Origin: Treponema sp. UBA1793 | GTDB taxonomy: Bacteria; Spirochaetota; Spirochaetia; Treponematales; Treponemataceae | DNA: 64,000 bases | Direction of reading: 5' to 3' | NCBI GenBank assembly: GCA_002314445.1 | Contig: DCFX01000097.1 | Location: forward strand, 39,566 to 103,565 | Shown: positions 27,047-37,404 of the stretch, piece by piece | How positions within the stretch are numbered: the stretch's first letter is position 1 | How the letters are laid out: every line of letters begins with the position of its first letter | Program-made: the position numbers and the translations under genes | Notes under the pieces: generated by a model | What the model saw: only the letters and a program-made list of their open reading frames with translations | What the model was told of the DNA's origin: nothing | The model's database searches: none

Positions 27047-27919
27047 ATGCTATATTCAAACCAGGTAAAAAAGGCCCGGCTCATGATTCTGCCGGCAGTT
27101 TTTCTCATACTGCTTTTTTATGCAGGGCCTGTCCTGCTGGCTGTATTCTATTCTTTTACCGACAAAATGCTCGTCGGTATAAAATCAAAGAACTGGTCTT
27201 TTGTCGGTCTGGAAAATTATATGGTCATGTTCCGTGACAGGAACTTTTATCTTTCCTTACTCAATACGATTGTGTTTCTCTTTTTTTCTGCAATTATCGG
27301 GCAGCAGGTTCTGGGATTTTTCCTTGCTCAGCTGTGCGAAAATGCAGACCGCCATATTGCCCATATAACAAGCCTCATTGTGCTTATTTCATGGGTTACG
27401 CCGGAAGTTGTCGTTTCGTTTATCTTCTTTGCCTTTCTCAATCCGAACGGCTCTCTTAACGGCTTTCTTCAGATGCTCCACTTAAAGCCTGTTGCGTGGC
27501 TGTACGACCATGCAATGCTTGCCATTATATTTACGAATATCTGGCGTGGGACGGCATTTTCTATGCTGATGTTCCAGGCCGCGCTCAAATCTGTCGATTC
27601 AAGTGTGAAAGAAGCGACTTATATAGACGGCGCATCAGGATGGCAGATTTTAACGCGTATAACGCTGCCAATGATTTCCGGTTCCATCATGACGAATACG
27701 ATTCTTATTACGCTTCAGACGCTTGGACTGTTCGGCCTGATTTACGCGCTTACGGGCGGTGGTCCCGGATTTAAAACTACGACCCTTCCCATATACATGT
27801 ACGATAAAGCATTTGCTGCATACCAGATAGGATATGGTACTGCGATGGCAATCGTAATGCTTGCATTCGGCATGATACTGAGTGTTGTGTATGTTAAAAA
27901 ACTTGGTAAGGATTTTTAA
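27047..27919 (+). CDS. Sugar ABC permease (MalF-like)
   Basis: EAA loop EATYIDGASGWQILTRITLPM, 6 TM. Confidence 0.85.
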   Translation: MLYSNQVKKARLMILPAVFLILLFYAGPVLLAVFYSFTDKMLVGIKSKNWSFVGLENYMVMFRDRNFYLSLLNTIVFLFFSAIIGQQVLGFFLAQLCENADRHIAHITSLIVLISWVTPEVVVSFIFFAFLNPNGSLNGFLQMLHLKPVAWLYDHAMLAIIFTNIWRGTAFSMLMFQAALKSVDSSVKEATYIDGASGWQILTRITLPMISGSIMTNTILITLQTLGLFGLIYALTGGGPGFKTTTLPIYMYDKAFAAYQIGYGTAMAIVMLAFGMILSVVYVKKLGKDF

Positions 27920-27931
27920 GGGAGGATTGGT

Positions 27932-28750
27932 ATGAATAAACATGTGAAAAAAAATATGACTGATTTTGTACTGCTGCTTATCGCCGTCCTTTTTTTCTGG
28001 CCGATGCTGTGGCTTGTCTTTTCTTCGTTTGATGCAGATGCAAACTTTGCAATCAAGATTCCGGAAAAATGGACTATGGGAAATTACGCGGCTGTCCTCA
28101 GCAAAGACGGAAATATTCAGTCGTTCCTGAACAGTTTTGCCATTGCTGCACTTTCCGCGTGTATCGTTACCGTGCTTGCACTGCTCGCAGCGTATCCACT
28201 GTCGCGGTACAACCTGAAGAACAAGAAAAAAATAATGTATTCGATACTCTTTCTCACCGGACTTCCAATAACGGCAATTATGGTGCCGGTATATATGGTT
28301 TTCTTTAAATTGAAAATCAGTAACTCACTCATTTCAACTGCGTTGTTTCTTGCCTCAACGGCACTGCCGTACAGCATATGGATGATGAAAAATTATATGG
28401 ATGCCGTTCCTGTTGTGCTTGAAGAAAGCGCATGGCTTGAAGGCGCAGGTATTCTGCAGACGATACGGTATGTCATTTCGCCTGTAATTCTACCCGGAAT
28501 TTTTGTGGTGTTCATTTTCGTTTTTTCCGGCAGCTGGGGTAATTTCTTCGTACCGTATATCCTTATAAGTTCTGTCGATAAGATACCTGCTTCAGTTTCG
28601 ATTTATCAGTTTTTCGGATCATTTAATCAGGTTAATTACGGACATCTTGCTGCGTTTTCCGTATTGTACACGCTTCCGATAGCTGCGTTGTACCTTGTAA
28701 CAAAACGATTTACCTCGTCCGGCTACGTGCTGAGCGGCGCCGTAAAATAA
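27932..28750 (+). CDS. Sugar ABC permease (MalG-like)
   Basis: GGGAGG SD. EAA-like loop EESAWLEGAGILQTIRYVISP. Confidence 0.85.
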   Translation: MNKHVKKNMTDFVLLLIAVLFFWPMLWLVFSSFDADANFAIKIPEKWTMGNYAAVLSKDGNIQSFLNSFAIAALSACIVTVLALLAAYPLSRYNLKNKKKIMYSILFLTGLPITAIMVPVYMVFFKLKISNSLISTALFLASTALPYSIWMMKNYMDAVPVVLEESAWLEGAGILQTIRYVISPVILPGIFVVFIFVFSGSWGNFFVPYILISSVDKIPASVSIYQFFGSFNQVNYGHLAAFSVLYTLPIAALYLVTKRFTSSGYVLSGAVK

Positions 28751-28777
28751 ACAATTTGTTTCTTCTGAGGAGTTTGT

Positions 28778-31700
28778 ATGGCGTTTCCTTTTTTTACTAT
28801 TGAACGTATTGAAACTGTATTTGCAGCTCTTGAACAGCTGCGGTATAAAAACCGGATCAATATTGACAGGTTTGACAGTTATTCCGGTGACGACGGAGCA
28901 ACCGTCAATTTTTCTCCGGCATCTATCCCCGCACCGGACGGCGTCTTTAAAAAAGGACAGCTGTGGTCGGGGCGGGATGCATATCTGTGGCTTTCGGGAA
29001 TACTGTTTTTCCCCGCGGAATGGAAAGGCCGCGATGTGCTTGCGTATTTCGATTTCGGAAAAACGGGCGGCGGTAATTCATCAGGATTTGAAGCTCTGCT
29101 GTATGTGGCAGGACATCCGTATCAGGGAGTGGACTCGAATCACAGGGAAGTTTTTTTTGATACTGCGAAAACAGGCTCAACTGCTGATATTGCGCTTCGG
29201 TTGTGGAGCGGCCTTGAAGGCGGCGGGCAGCCTGCCGTACAGCAGCATCAGTTCAAAGATGCGTTCATAGCGTGCCTTGATAAGGCCTGTGACGATTTAT
29301 GGTACCTGTCGAAAAATATTATTGAAACAATCCGCGTGCTCGATCCTGACAGCAGCATCCGGGCTGATCTTGAGCAGTCGCTTACAAAAGCGTTCTGCCT
29401 CACTGATTTTACAAATCCGGGAAGCAGTGAGTGTTATGATTCAATTGCGGCAGCCGACGAACTTCTTAATAAAATGCTGAAGGCAATGCCTCGCAATAAT
29501 GATGTGGTAGTCAGCTGCGTTGGACACAGCCACATAGATATGGCGTGGCTGTGGCGGATGAAGCACACACATGAAAAAGGTGCACGTACTTTTTCTACCG
29601 TGAACCGCCTCATGGAACGGTATCCTGAATATATTTTCATGCATACGTCTGCCCAGTTATATGATTTTATTAAAACTGATTTTCCCGAAATTTACGGGGA
29701 AATACAGCAGCGTGTAAAAGAAAAAAAATGGGAACCGTCAGGCGGTATGTGGGTCGAAGCTGACTGCAATATTACGGGCGGTGAATCGCTTGTTCGGCAG
29801 ATACTGTACGGCAAACGTTTTTTCAAGAAGGAATTCGGATATGAGAATACGTTTCTCTGGCTGCCCGATGTGTTCGGCTACAATGCTGCGCTTCCGCAGA
29901 TTCTCAGAAAATCGGGCATAGACACATTCGTAACGACTAAAATAAGCTGGAATGAAGTGGACATGATGCCGTATGATACATTTGCATGGCGGGGCATAGA
30001 CGGGTCGGACGTGCTGACCCATTTTATTACGACGCCCGATATGTATGATACGACGAAGTTTTATACGTACAACGGCAACATTCTGCCTAAGACCGTGGCC
30101 GGCATATGGAAAAAATATAAGAATAAGGATCTTACGAAGAACCTGCTGCTTTGCTACGGCTGGGGAGACGGAGGCGGAGGAGTAGACCGCACAATGCTTG
30201 AAAACCTCCGGCAGATAGAAAAAATTCCGGGGCTGCCGCAAATCCGCACATCGAATGTTACTTCATATCTTGAGAACCTGCACAAGTCATGGGACGATAA
30301 AGCGAATACCGCATACAGACCCGTGTGGGACGGAGAAATGTACCTCGAATTCCACCGGGGAACGTATACGTCTCAGGCCCGGAACAAAAAAGCAAACCGT
30401 GAGATGGAACTTGCTTTCCGTACAGCGGAAATACTGCAGACTTTTGCCGCTTCTGTGTCGGGCAGGTGGGATGCATACGATACGACTGCATTTGCGCGCG
30501 GCTGGCAATTGATACTCCGCAATCAGTTTCACGATATAATACCAGGTTCGAGTATTCATGAAGTGTATGAAGACTGTAAAAAAGAGTACGGCGAAACCGC
30601 AGAAATCGCTTCGGTGCTGACAGAAAATGCACTTCACGTTCTCGTTATTTCCGGAGCGGAAAATGTATATTCTGTGTTTAATAATGCAGCGTGGAAAACG
30701 GCGGGGATTGTAAATCTTCCGCAGACAGACCTGGAAGCATTCCATGTTGAAGATGGAAACGGAAAGATAATTCCATGCCAGAATACGGCGGAGGGCAAGT
30801 GCTGCGCCGCGCTCACCGAAATGGAACCGCTTTCATTTACCAGTCTGCATGTCGTACCCGGAAAAGCCGGTACTGCTGAAATTCCGTTTGCAGTTACAGG
30901 TACAACCGTGGACACTCCGTGGTATACGCTTACCTGGAACAATACGGGAAGCATTGACCGTATCTTCGACAAACAGACCGGGCGTGAAGTACTTGCGGCG
31001 GCAGGAAACGTGCTTGAAATGTTTGAAGACAAACCCCGTCAGTTCGATGCATGGGAAGTAGAAGCAACAATCGATTTAAAAAAAGAAGTTGTTAATACAT
31101 TCCGCGGTGCAACTGTTATTGAAAACGGCCCGTGCTGCATCCGCATCAGATTCGCGTGGGACTATAATAAATCCTCCGTTACCCAGAATCTGGTGCTGTA
31201 CGCAGATACAAAACGCATTGATTTTGAAACGACGGTCGACTGGCACGAGCGCAATAAACTGCTTAAGGCGGCTTTCCCCGTGAATGTATGCGCGTCAAAA
31301 GCCCGCTACGATATTCAGTTCGGAAGTATTGAACGTCCAGTACATCAGAATACAAGCTGGGATTTTGCAAAATTTGAAGTATCGGCACATCAATGGGCAG
31401 ACCTTTCCGAGCACGGATTCGGCGTTGCGCTTATGAACGACTGTAAATACGGATACGATATAAAACAGAACATGATGCGCCTTTCGCTGCTTAAGTCTGC
31501 CGAATATCCTGATCCTTCCGCAGATGAAGGTCTGCAGAGATTTACGTATTCTCTGTTCGTACATGATAAAGAGTGGTACGATGCCGGTATCGTGCAGTCT
31601 GCGTGGAATCTTAATAATCCCCTGTCCGCAGTAAAAGGCGGCACTGTGGAAAAATGCAGAAGCATGCTCACGCTGCATTCCGATTACATCGCGCTCGACG

Positions 31701-31918
31701 CATTCAAGAAGACTGAGGATGGTAACCGCGTTCTGCTGCGTTTCCATGAGTATGCAGGCGGCATGTCTGCGCTTGATTGTACGTTAAATGCTCACGCATC
31801 CTGCTGGTATGAAGCAGACCTGATGGAAAATGCCGCGGGAGAAAGACACCCCGGCGGGCATATTACGGCACAGCTTCATCCGTTTGAGATTTTTACCGTT
31901 ATTCTTGAATTGCAGTAA
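28778..31918 (+). CDS. GH38 alpha-mannosidase (cytoplasmic, about 1046 aa)
   Basis: GHSHIDMAWLW metal-site motif, WLPDVFGY, HRGTYTSQ. Length and layout are typical of bacterial GH38. Confidence 0.9.
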   Translation: MAFPFFTIERIETVFAALEQLRYKNRINIDRFDSYSGDDGATVNFSPASIPAPDGVFKKGQLWSGRDAYLWLSGILFFPAEWKGRDVLAYFDFGKTGGGNSSGFEALLYVAGHPYQGVDSNHREVFFDTAKTGSTADIALRLWSGLEGGGQPAVQQHQFKDAFIACLDKACDDLWYLSKNIIETIRVLDPDSSIRADLEQSLTKAFCLTDFTNPGSSECYDSIAAADELLNKMLKAMPRNNDVVVSCVGHSHIDMAWLWRMKHTHEKGARTFSTVNRLMERYPEYIFMHTSAQLYDFIKTDFPEIYGEIQQRVKEKKWEPSGGMWVEADCNITGGESLVRQILYGKRFFKKEFGYENTFLWLPDVFGYNAALPQILRKSGIDTFVTTKISWNEVDMMPYDTFAWRGIDGSDVLTHFITTPDMYDTTKFYTYNGNILPKTVAGIWKKYKNKDLTKNLLLCYGWGDGGGGVDRTMLENLRQIEKIPGLPQIRTSNVTSYLENLHKSWDDKANTAYRPVWDGEMYLEFHRGTYTSQARNKKANREMELAFRTAEILQTFAASVSGRWDAYDTTAFARGWQLILRNQFHDIIPGSSIHEVYEDCKKEYGETAEIASVLTENALHVLVISGAENVYSVFNNAAWKTAGIVNLPQTDLEAFHVEDGNGKIIPCQNTAEGKCCAALTEMEPLSFTSLHVVPGKAGTAEIPFAVTGTTVDTPWYTLTWNNTGSIDRIFDKQTGREVLAAAGNVLEMFEDKPRQFDAWEVEATIDLKKEVVNTFRGATVIENGPCCIRIRFAWDYNKSSVTQNLVLYADTKRIDFETTVDWHERNKLLKAAFPVNVCASKARYDIQFGSIERPVHQNTSWDFAKFEVSAHQWADLSEHGFGVALMNDCKYGYDIKQNMMRLSLLKSAEYPDPSADEGLQRFTYSLFVHDKEWYDAGIVQSAWNLNNPLSAVKGGTVEKCRSMLTLHSDYIALDAFKKTEDGNRVLLRFHEYAGGMSALDCTLNAHASCWYEADLMENAAGERHPGGHITAQLHPFEIFTVILELQ

Positions 31919-31929
31919 TGTACCCGGAG

Positions 31930-31967
31930 AAGGGCCTGCCCTGAGGTTTTACTCACGGGAGGCCCTT
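31930..31967. terminator. Bidirectional hairpin between convergent genes
   Basis: AAGGGCCTGCCCTGAG (31930-31945), loop GTTTTA, CTCACGGGAGGCCCTT (31952-31967): 14/16 bp. Confidence 0.55.
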
Positions 31968-31988
31968 TTCCTGCTGCGGTACGACCGG

Positions 31989-33077
31989 TTATTTTCCGAA
32001 CCTGCTGTTCCAGTCCCAGTCGAATTTAATTATAAAATCACTGTCCGCATCTTTTTCGTATCTGTTCAGCTCAGTCGAATATGTCTGTACATGAATTTCA
32101 CCTTTATTAAGATCAAACTCCGTCAGGCGCATCCAGCCGTCTCCTTCGCGCATTTTTCCGTCGTCGATGTTCAGAAATTTTTTCAAGTCCGTCCTTCCCT
32201 GATAATCAGACAGGAGCTGATATACTTTAAATCCTGCATCGTCGGTATCAGTTCTGGCACTTTCCGATTCATCGCCGTTCCAGTTGTGTCCGCATAATAC
32301 CAGGAATATCTGCTTATTCTTTGTTATTAGTTTTTCCCAGAGCTGCTGCGGCGTATTGCGGTTCATGCCCTTTCGGTATGAGTCTTCCAGGCGGGATGCA
32401 GTGCCTGGTGCTGTACTATCGTATGCATACGATAGATATTCATGGGTTACGAGAATTACCGGAATATTCTTATGTGCATCAAGGACTTTCTGCGCCCATG
32501 CTATGCTGTCGTCGGACGGTTCAAGTTCAAGCCCGAGGAACAGAAATGTCTGTCCGCCTCCGGTAAATGCAGACCATGAATTGAGTCCGTTGCCGGATGC
32601 TCCGCCGTACCATTTTTTTCCGGAAAAATGACTGCTCGCTGGACCAAAATGGGTATTGTACATGGAACCTCCGTCGACGCGGGTCTGGCTGTCAGTCTCA
32701 TCGGTCCATGCTTTGTCATAGTCGTGATTGCCGGGAACGACTCCGTACGGTACGGTGTCGTCAAGTATGGACATTGCTTTGTCCGCAATATCCCATTCCG
32801 ACTGCTGTGTCCCCTGGTTCTGGACAAGGTCGCCGAGATGGACTGCAAATGCAATCTGCCCGCCGTTTTTTACCGAAGCTGCCGCGATGTATTTCATCTG
32901 CCTGTAGTAAATATCTGCCTGATTGATGGCAAACGGGGGATCAGATGTCGTTTGATACCGGTAATCACAGTAATTCTGTGTATCAGGAATGACCGCAAGC
33001 GTAAAAGTCTGGGCTGCAAGAGCCGCAGACATTCCGAGAAGAAATAGTATCCCGGAAATAAAGTGTTTTATTTTCAT
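31989..33077 (-). CDS. Secreted calcineurin-like metallophosphoesterase
   Basis: 362 aa. Signal peptide and motifs IPDTQNY, HLGDLVQN, GNHDY, VTHEY and CGHNW. Confidence 0.8.
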   Translation of the reverse strand: MKIKHFISGILFLLGMSAALAAQTFTLAVIPDTQNYCDYRYQTTSDPPFAINQADIYYRQMKYIAAASVKNGGQIAFAVHLGDLVQNQGTQQSEWDIADKAMSILDDTVPYGVVPGNHDYDKAWTDETDSQTRVDGGSMYNTHFGPASSHFSGKKWYGGASGNGLNSWSAFTGGGQTFLFLGLELEPSDDSIAWAQKVLDAHKNIPVILVTHEYLSYAYDSTAPGTASRLEDSYRKGMNRNTPQQLWEKLITKNKQIFLVLCGHNWNGDESESARTDTDDAGFKVYQLLSDYQGRTDLKKFLNIDDGKMREGDGWMRLTEFDLNKGEIHVQTYSTELNRYEKDADSDFIIKFDWDWNSRFGK

Positions 33078-33313
33078 ATACCCTCCAAAAATATATAAAA
33101 ATATGGAGGCAGCAGATAATACTATAATGTGTGCATGGTTAAATACTTGTTAGAAGGAATGTTAAAGAGGTGTTTTAAAATTATTCCGGTATTAATCATG
33201 TTCTTACACTATTCCTGCAGAATGCTTGCAGGATAATATTGACAGTATGTATTCCGGCTCCGATAGACAGCTTTGAAAACTGCATAATAATACAACTGTC
33301 AGAGAGGGGAAAA

Positions 33314-34291
33314 ATGAAATTTACTGCATTCAAAGATTCGGAAAACTGGTATAAAGGCAACCTTCACAGTCATACGACGAATTCAGACGGACATCTGCAG
33401 CCTTCCGAAAGTGTAAAATTGTACAAGTCATACGGGTATAATTTTTTATGTTTTACCGAACACGATTTGTATACGGATTACCGTTCAAAATTTAATTCCG
33501 ATGATTTTATCATCCTTCCCGGTATTGAAGCCGGCGTGTATTTTATTAATATCAGGACGAAGTCGCTTGAAAAAGTTCATCACATGAATGGCATCCTGGG
33601 TACATCTGAAATGCAGGCTGCCGCTCATCACGGTCTGTTCAGACACAAGCAGCGGCTTCTTCCGCGTATCATATATAAGAAATGGGACGGAGCGGAAGAA
33701 GCTGAACGGCTTGCTGAAAAACTGCATTCGCATGGCTGCCTTGTTATGTATAATCATCCGTCCTGGTCGAGGGTTGCTCCGAAAGAATATATGCATACGA
33801 AAAACCTCTGGGCGCTTGAGATATTTAATTACGGCACAATGAATGAATGCGGACGGGGAATCTGTACGAGGGAGTGGGATACGCTGCTTGAGAAAAACAC
33901 ATTCATACTGGGAACGGCCGTTGATGATAATCACAACGCCGGAAAGTTTGACGATGCATGCGGCGGATATATTATGGTACAGGCAGATAAACTTACTCAT
34001 GATTCAATAGTGACGTCTCTGCTTGAAGGACGATTTTATTCTTCATCGGGACCGGAAATTTACAACTGGGGAATTAAGCACGGCACAGCATGGATAGACT
34101 GTTCCGCTGCCGCCAGAATCAATTTTGTCTGCGGCGGACCGGTTGGGAGCGGCCATACGTATTTACCGGAACTGCCCGGCGGTAAAATTGTTCACGGGGA
34201 GCATGTCATGAAGGGAACGGAAACATATCTGCGTATCGAGTGCATTGATTCAGCAGGACGAACCGCGTGGACGAATCCGGTAATGTTGTGA
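33314..34291 (+). CDS. PHP-domain (polymerase/histidinol-phosphatase fold) metallohydrolase
   Basis: GAGAGGGGA SD precedes ATG 33314. Motifs GNLHSHTTNSDGH, FTEHD, YNHPSW and DDNH. Confidence 0.7.
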   Translation: MKFTAFKDSENWYKGNLHSHTTNSDGHLQPSESVKLYKSYGYNFLCFTEHDLYTDYRSKFNSDDFIILPGIEAGVYFINIRTKSLEKVHHMNGILGTSEMQAAAHHGLFRHKQRLLPRIIYKKWDGAEEAERLAEKLHSHGCLVMYNHPSWSRVAPKEYMHTKNLWALEIFNYGTMNECGRGICTREWDTLLEKNTFILGTAVDDNHNAGKFDDACGGYIMVQADKLTHDSIVTSLLEGRFYSSSGPEIYNWGIKHGTAWIDCSAAARINFVCGGPVGSGHTYLPELPGGKIVHGEHVMKGTETYLRIECIDSAGRTAWTNPVML

Positions 34292-34339
34292 TACCTGCTT
34301 CAGAAGAAAAATCAGTGTTTTAACAGGCCGGGAATCGGT

Positions 34340-35017
34340 TTACACGATTAATTCAGTAAAGTCAGCAATGACATAATCAGCCTGAGACGCAAGCTCCGGG
34401 ATTCCTGCAGGCCACGTGCTTTTTATTATCTGTGTAGTGAGTATTGCAGTGAGACCGGCATCTTTTGCACCTTTAAGTTCATTGAATCCTCCGTCACCGA
34501 TGAAAACGCTTCTGCTTTTGTCAGCTCCGGTTTTCCGGACTGCAAAATCGTATATAGCCGCATCAGGTTTCATCAGTCCAGTATCGCAGGAGAATACTGT
34601 TTCATTAAAAAACGGAAACAGGGGAGAGTCTTTCCAGAACAGCGTATCGAATGCATCCGCATTGCTTATTAAAGTTATTTTTTTGTTCCGCTTGTGCAGT
34701 TCCTGTATTGTTTTCAGAATATCAGTATCTATTTCAACCATAGCACGGCGGAATCTGTCTTTACGTACGTCGAATACCGCTTTTATGATTTCCGGGGATG
34801 CATCAGGTCTGCAGTTTTTAACAAGATCAGAAACTATTTTTTCCGGACTTGTTATCCGCCCGCGGGCGCGGTTTTCGTAATTGAATTCGGAATTTGAGTC
34901 CCATTCTTTTTTTGAAATGCCAAGAAGGTTGTATTCACGGCTGTCTTCTTTTTCGTACGGTTCAAGTTTTATAAGGGTGTAAAATAAATCGAAAAAATAA
35001 TAATCAAATTCCTGCAT
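34340..35017 (-). CDS. HAD-superfamily hydrolase (subfamily IA-like) with atypical motif I
   Basis: Motif I FFDLFYTL (Asp+2 replaced by Phe), motif II LISNA, motif IV FIGDGGFNELKGA. The start is taken at the second Met (MQEFDYY). Confidence 0.7.
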   Translation of the reverse strand: MQEFDYYFFDLFYTLIKLEPYEKEDSREYNLLGISKKEWDSNSEFNYENRARGRITSPEKIVSDLVKNCRPDASPEIIKAVFDVRKDRFRRAMVEIDTDILKTIQELHKRNKKITLISNADAFDTLFWKDSPLFPFFNETVFSCDTGLMKPDAAIYDFAVRKTGADKSRSVFIGDGGFNELKGAKDAGLTAILTTQIIKSTWPAGIPELASQADYVIADFTELIV

Positions 35018-35159
35018 GTATTTCTTTTTACCATACTTAAGGACACGCTGCAATACTTTTTTCTTGCATGCAGTCAGATTTCAATGTAAAATTACACGAT
35101 CGGTGGCATAAACTGTTTATCGGATGCACCGGCGCCTGTATGTAGAAGAGGAGCTGCCT

Positions 35160-36077
35160 GTGAAACGAAGTATCCTGCCTCTGTTTTTTATTATACTGGT
35201 ATTAACCGGATGCGGTACACAGACACCTGCAGATACCAATCAAACACCTGCAGAACCTTATACCGGTTCACGAACAGCCGGACACGAAGCTGTTACCGCA
35301 TACGACAGCCTCACAGCTGAAGAGATAACCGGGGCCGTAAATCTGAAGACGTATTTTGAACATGCGTCAGTCGGCCGCAATATTTTGAACGGCGTGCAAA
35401 AACTGATTGCAGGCGGCCTTGCGCTCAAACGCGGTACGTGGGAGACGTGGGCTCCTGTAGATGATGACGGGAACCCGGCGTATTATACAGACGGGAATGA
35501 CAGCACCGGGTATGTATTTGATACGACTACCATGAATGAAACAAAAGCGGGAATGATAAAAGCATGGTTTGCCGCAAATAACGGCCTGTTCGACAACGCC
35601 TGCGGCAATCCGTCAGCGGCTGATAAAATTGATTATTTCCGCGATGCAGTTGCTGCGTACGGTATCGGAGCTGCAGCTGACGTCGCAATCATGAAATTTT
35701 GCTGGATAGATCCTGACGCAGATATTTCCGGTTATAAAGCGATGATGAGCAGCCTTCAGGAGAAATACCCTCATCTTGTGCTTGTGTACTGCACGATGCC
35801 GCTTACGAACAGCACTGATTCTGATACAGTTGCCCGCAATACGTTTAACAATGCGCTCAGAATGTACTGTAGTGCAAATAATTTGTGGCTGTTCGATATT
35901 GCCGATATAGAAAGCCATCAGCCGGACGGAACGGCGTATACAGACGCGGAAACAGGTGCCGAACTGGAATGGCTTGACTATTCGCATGATTCGGGTCATA
36001 TGAACTCAGGCGACGCCGATCTGCGTCCCGCAAAAGCGCTTATCACCCTGCTTGCACGTATCGGAAGTTCCGACTGA
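35160..36077 (+). CDS. Lipoprotein of unknown function (weak SGNH-hydrolase-like blocks)
   Basis: GAAGAGGAG SD precedes GTG 35160. Signal peptide plus lipobox LTGC. Possible block I HASVG, block III CGN and block V DSGH. Confidence 0.55.
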   Translation: MKRSILPLFFIILVLTGCGTQTPADTNQTPAEPYTGSRTAGHEAVTAYDSLTAEEITGAVNLKTYFEHASVGRNILNGVQKLIAGGLALKRGTWETWAPVDDDGNPAYYTDGNDSTGYVFDTTTMNETKAGMIKAWFAANNGLFDNACGNPSAADKIDYFRDAVAAYGIGAAADVAIMKFCWIDPDADISGYKAMMSSLQEKYPHLVLVYCTMPLTNSTDSDTVARNTFNNALRMYCSANNLWLFDIADIESHQPDGTAYTDAETGAELEWLDYSHDSGHMNSGDADLRPAKALITLLARIGSSD

Positions 36078-36134
36078 CAGGAGGCCGTTTCGTGCAGGCG
36101 AAGTGGCGAAGAAACATGCGGAGGAGTTGTGTGT

Positions 36135-36749
36135 ATGGGCAACGACGGAAAAGAAGATTTATACAACTATATAAAAGAAATATCTCCGTCGGGCAGTACT
36201 GATGAAATAATGAAGATTATTGAAGAACTGCATCCGAAAAGGTACGGAAAGGGAACGCTGCTTGTCGGACAGGGGAATACTGCTTATAACTGTTATTTTG
36301 TACTGAAAGGATGCCTGAGAATATTTTTTGTTGACGATGACGGAAAGGAGAATACATCCGGCTTCATAATCGAAAACGAACCGGTGACGATACTCCAGAG
36401 CTACAGGTTCAGGAAGCCCTCTCCGTACAGTATAGAATGTATAGAAGACTGCATACTGCTTGAAGGCGACCTGGAGAAAGAAGAAGAGCTCGGAAACAAA
36501 AATCCTGCATTGAAGCAGATAATCCAAAGAGGTTTGGAAGATGATCTTGAAAAGAATCAGACAGAACAAATACGTTTCCGGTCTATGTCACCCGAAAAAC
36601 GATACCTGGAATTTCTTGCAGACCGGCCCGGACTCGCAGCCCGCATTCCGCAGCATCAGCTTGCAAGTTACCTCGGTATGAATCCTGAATCTCTCAGCCG
36701 TATCAAACGGCGGCTGCATGATTCTTCCGCCGCGGAACGGCACCGATGA
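36135..36749 (+). CDS. Crp/Fnr-family transcriptional regulator (cNMP-binding + HTH)
   Basis: GGAGGAG SD. Has a cNMP-like beta-roll (YFVLKGCLRIFFVDDDGKE) and the C-terminal HTH QHQLASYLGMNPESLSRIKRR. Confidence 0.8.
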   Translation: MGNDGKEDLYNYIKEISPSGSTDEIMKIIEELHPKRYGKGTLLVGQGNTAYNCYFVLKGCLRIFFVDDDGKENTSGFIIENEPVTILQSYRFRKPSPYSIECIEDCILLEGDLEKEEELGNKNPALKQIIQRGLEDDLEKNQTEQIRFRSMSPEKRYLEFLADRPGLAARIPQHQLASYLGMNPESLSRIKRRLHDSSAAERHR

Positions 36750-37404
36750 GCATCCAGACCGCAAGTAGTATTTCCGCCAGCGCCATAGGAATTGAAAGGA
36801 TCGGTTCTGCAGCCGACGACAGGTGCATTAATAAGGTGCTTTCCGACAGACTGAAAGAATGCAGCAGTACATAACAGCCACCGCTGAAAATTATCAGCAG
36901 AGACAGAAGGCGCGGGGTAAATTCCGATTTCACCGCCAGTACGCCGAGTAAAATCAGATGCAGCCCGAAAGGTATTAATGCGGCCGACCAGACTTTTTCA
37001 AACAGGACTATATGTTCAAGCGCATTTTTTCCGGCTCCCGGTGCGGTCATCAGCATAGAAACTGCTGCTCCGAGAATAAGAGCGTATAAGAGACGGAACC
37101 CCATAGCGGTTCCGGATAATGCCGGATTAGTTTCTTTATAAAAAAAGAACAACGAGAGTGAAACTGTTACGTCAAGTAAAAAAATTATCCACCATAATAC
37201 GATTTCAATCAGGAATTTCGTATTATGCAGCAGTACTGATTGCGCGGTGGCTTCCGCATCATTTGGTAGTACAATCTGCCTGTGGAGATACCCGTAGGCA
37301 ATACCCGCTGCGATTGCCATGAGCAGCAGGCTCAATCCTGTAATAACTGCCGCTTTTCTGTTCGATTTAAAATGCATTTCCGCTGTTTTGCCGCTTGTTT
37401 TCAT
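36703..37404 (-). CDS. Integral membrane protein (DUF4386-like)
   Basis: AGGAGGA (complement of 37411-37417) precedes ATG at 37404. About 6 TM helices. The 3' end overlaps the crp-like gene by 47 nt. Confidence 0.65.
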   Translation of the reverse strand: MKTSGKTAEMHFKSNRKAAVITGLSLLLMAIAAGIAYGYLHRQIVLPNDAEATAQSVLLHNTKFLIEIVLWWIIFLLDVTVSLSLFFFYKETNPALSGTAMGFRLLYALILGAAVSMLMTAPGAGKNALEHIVLFEKVWSAALIPFGLHLILLGVLAVKSEFTPRLLSLLIIFSGGCYVLLHSFSLSESTLLMHLSSAAEPILSIPMALAEILLAVWMLIGAVPRRKNHAAAV

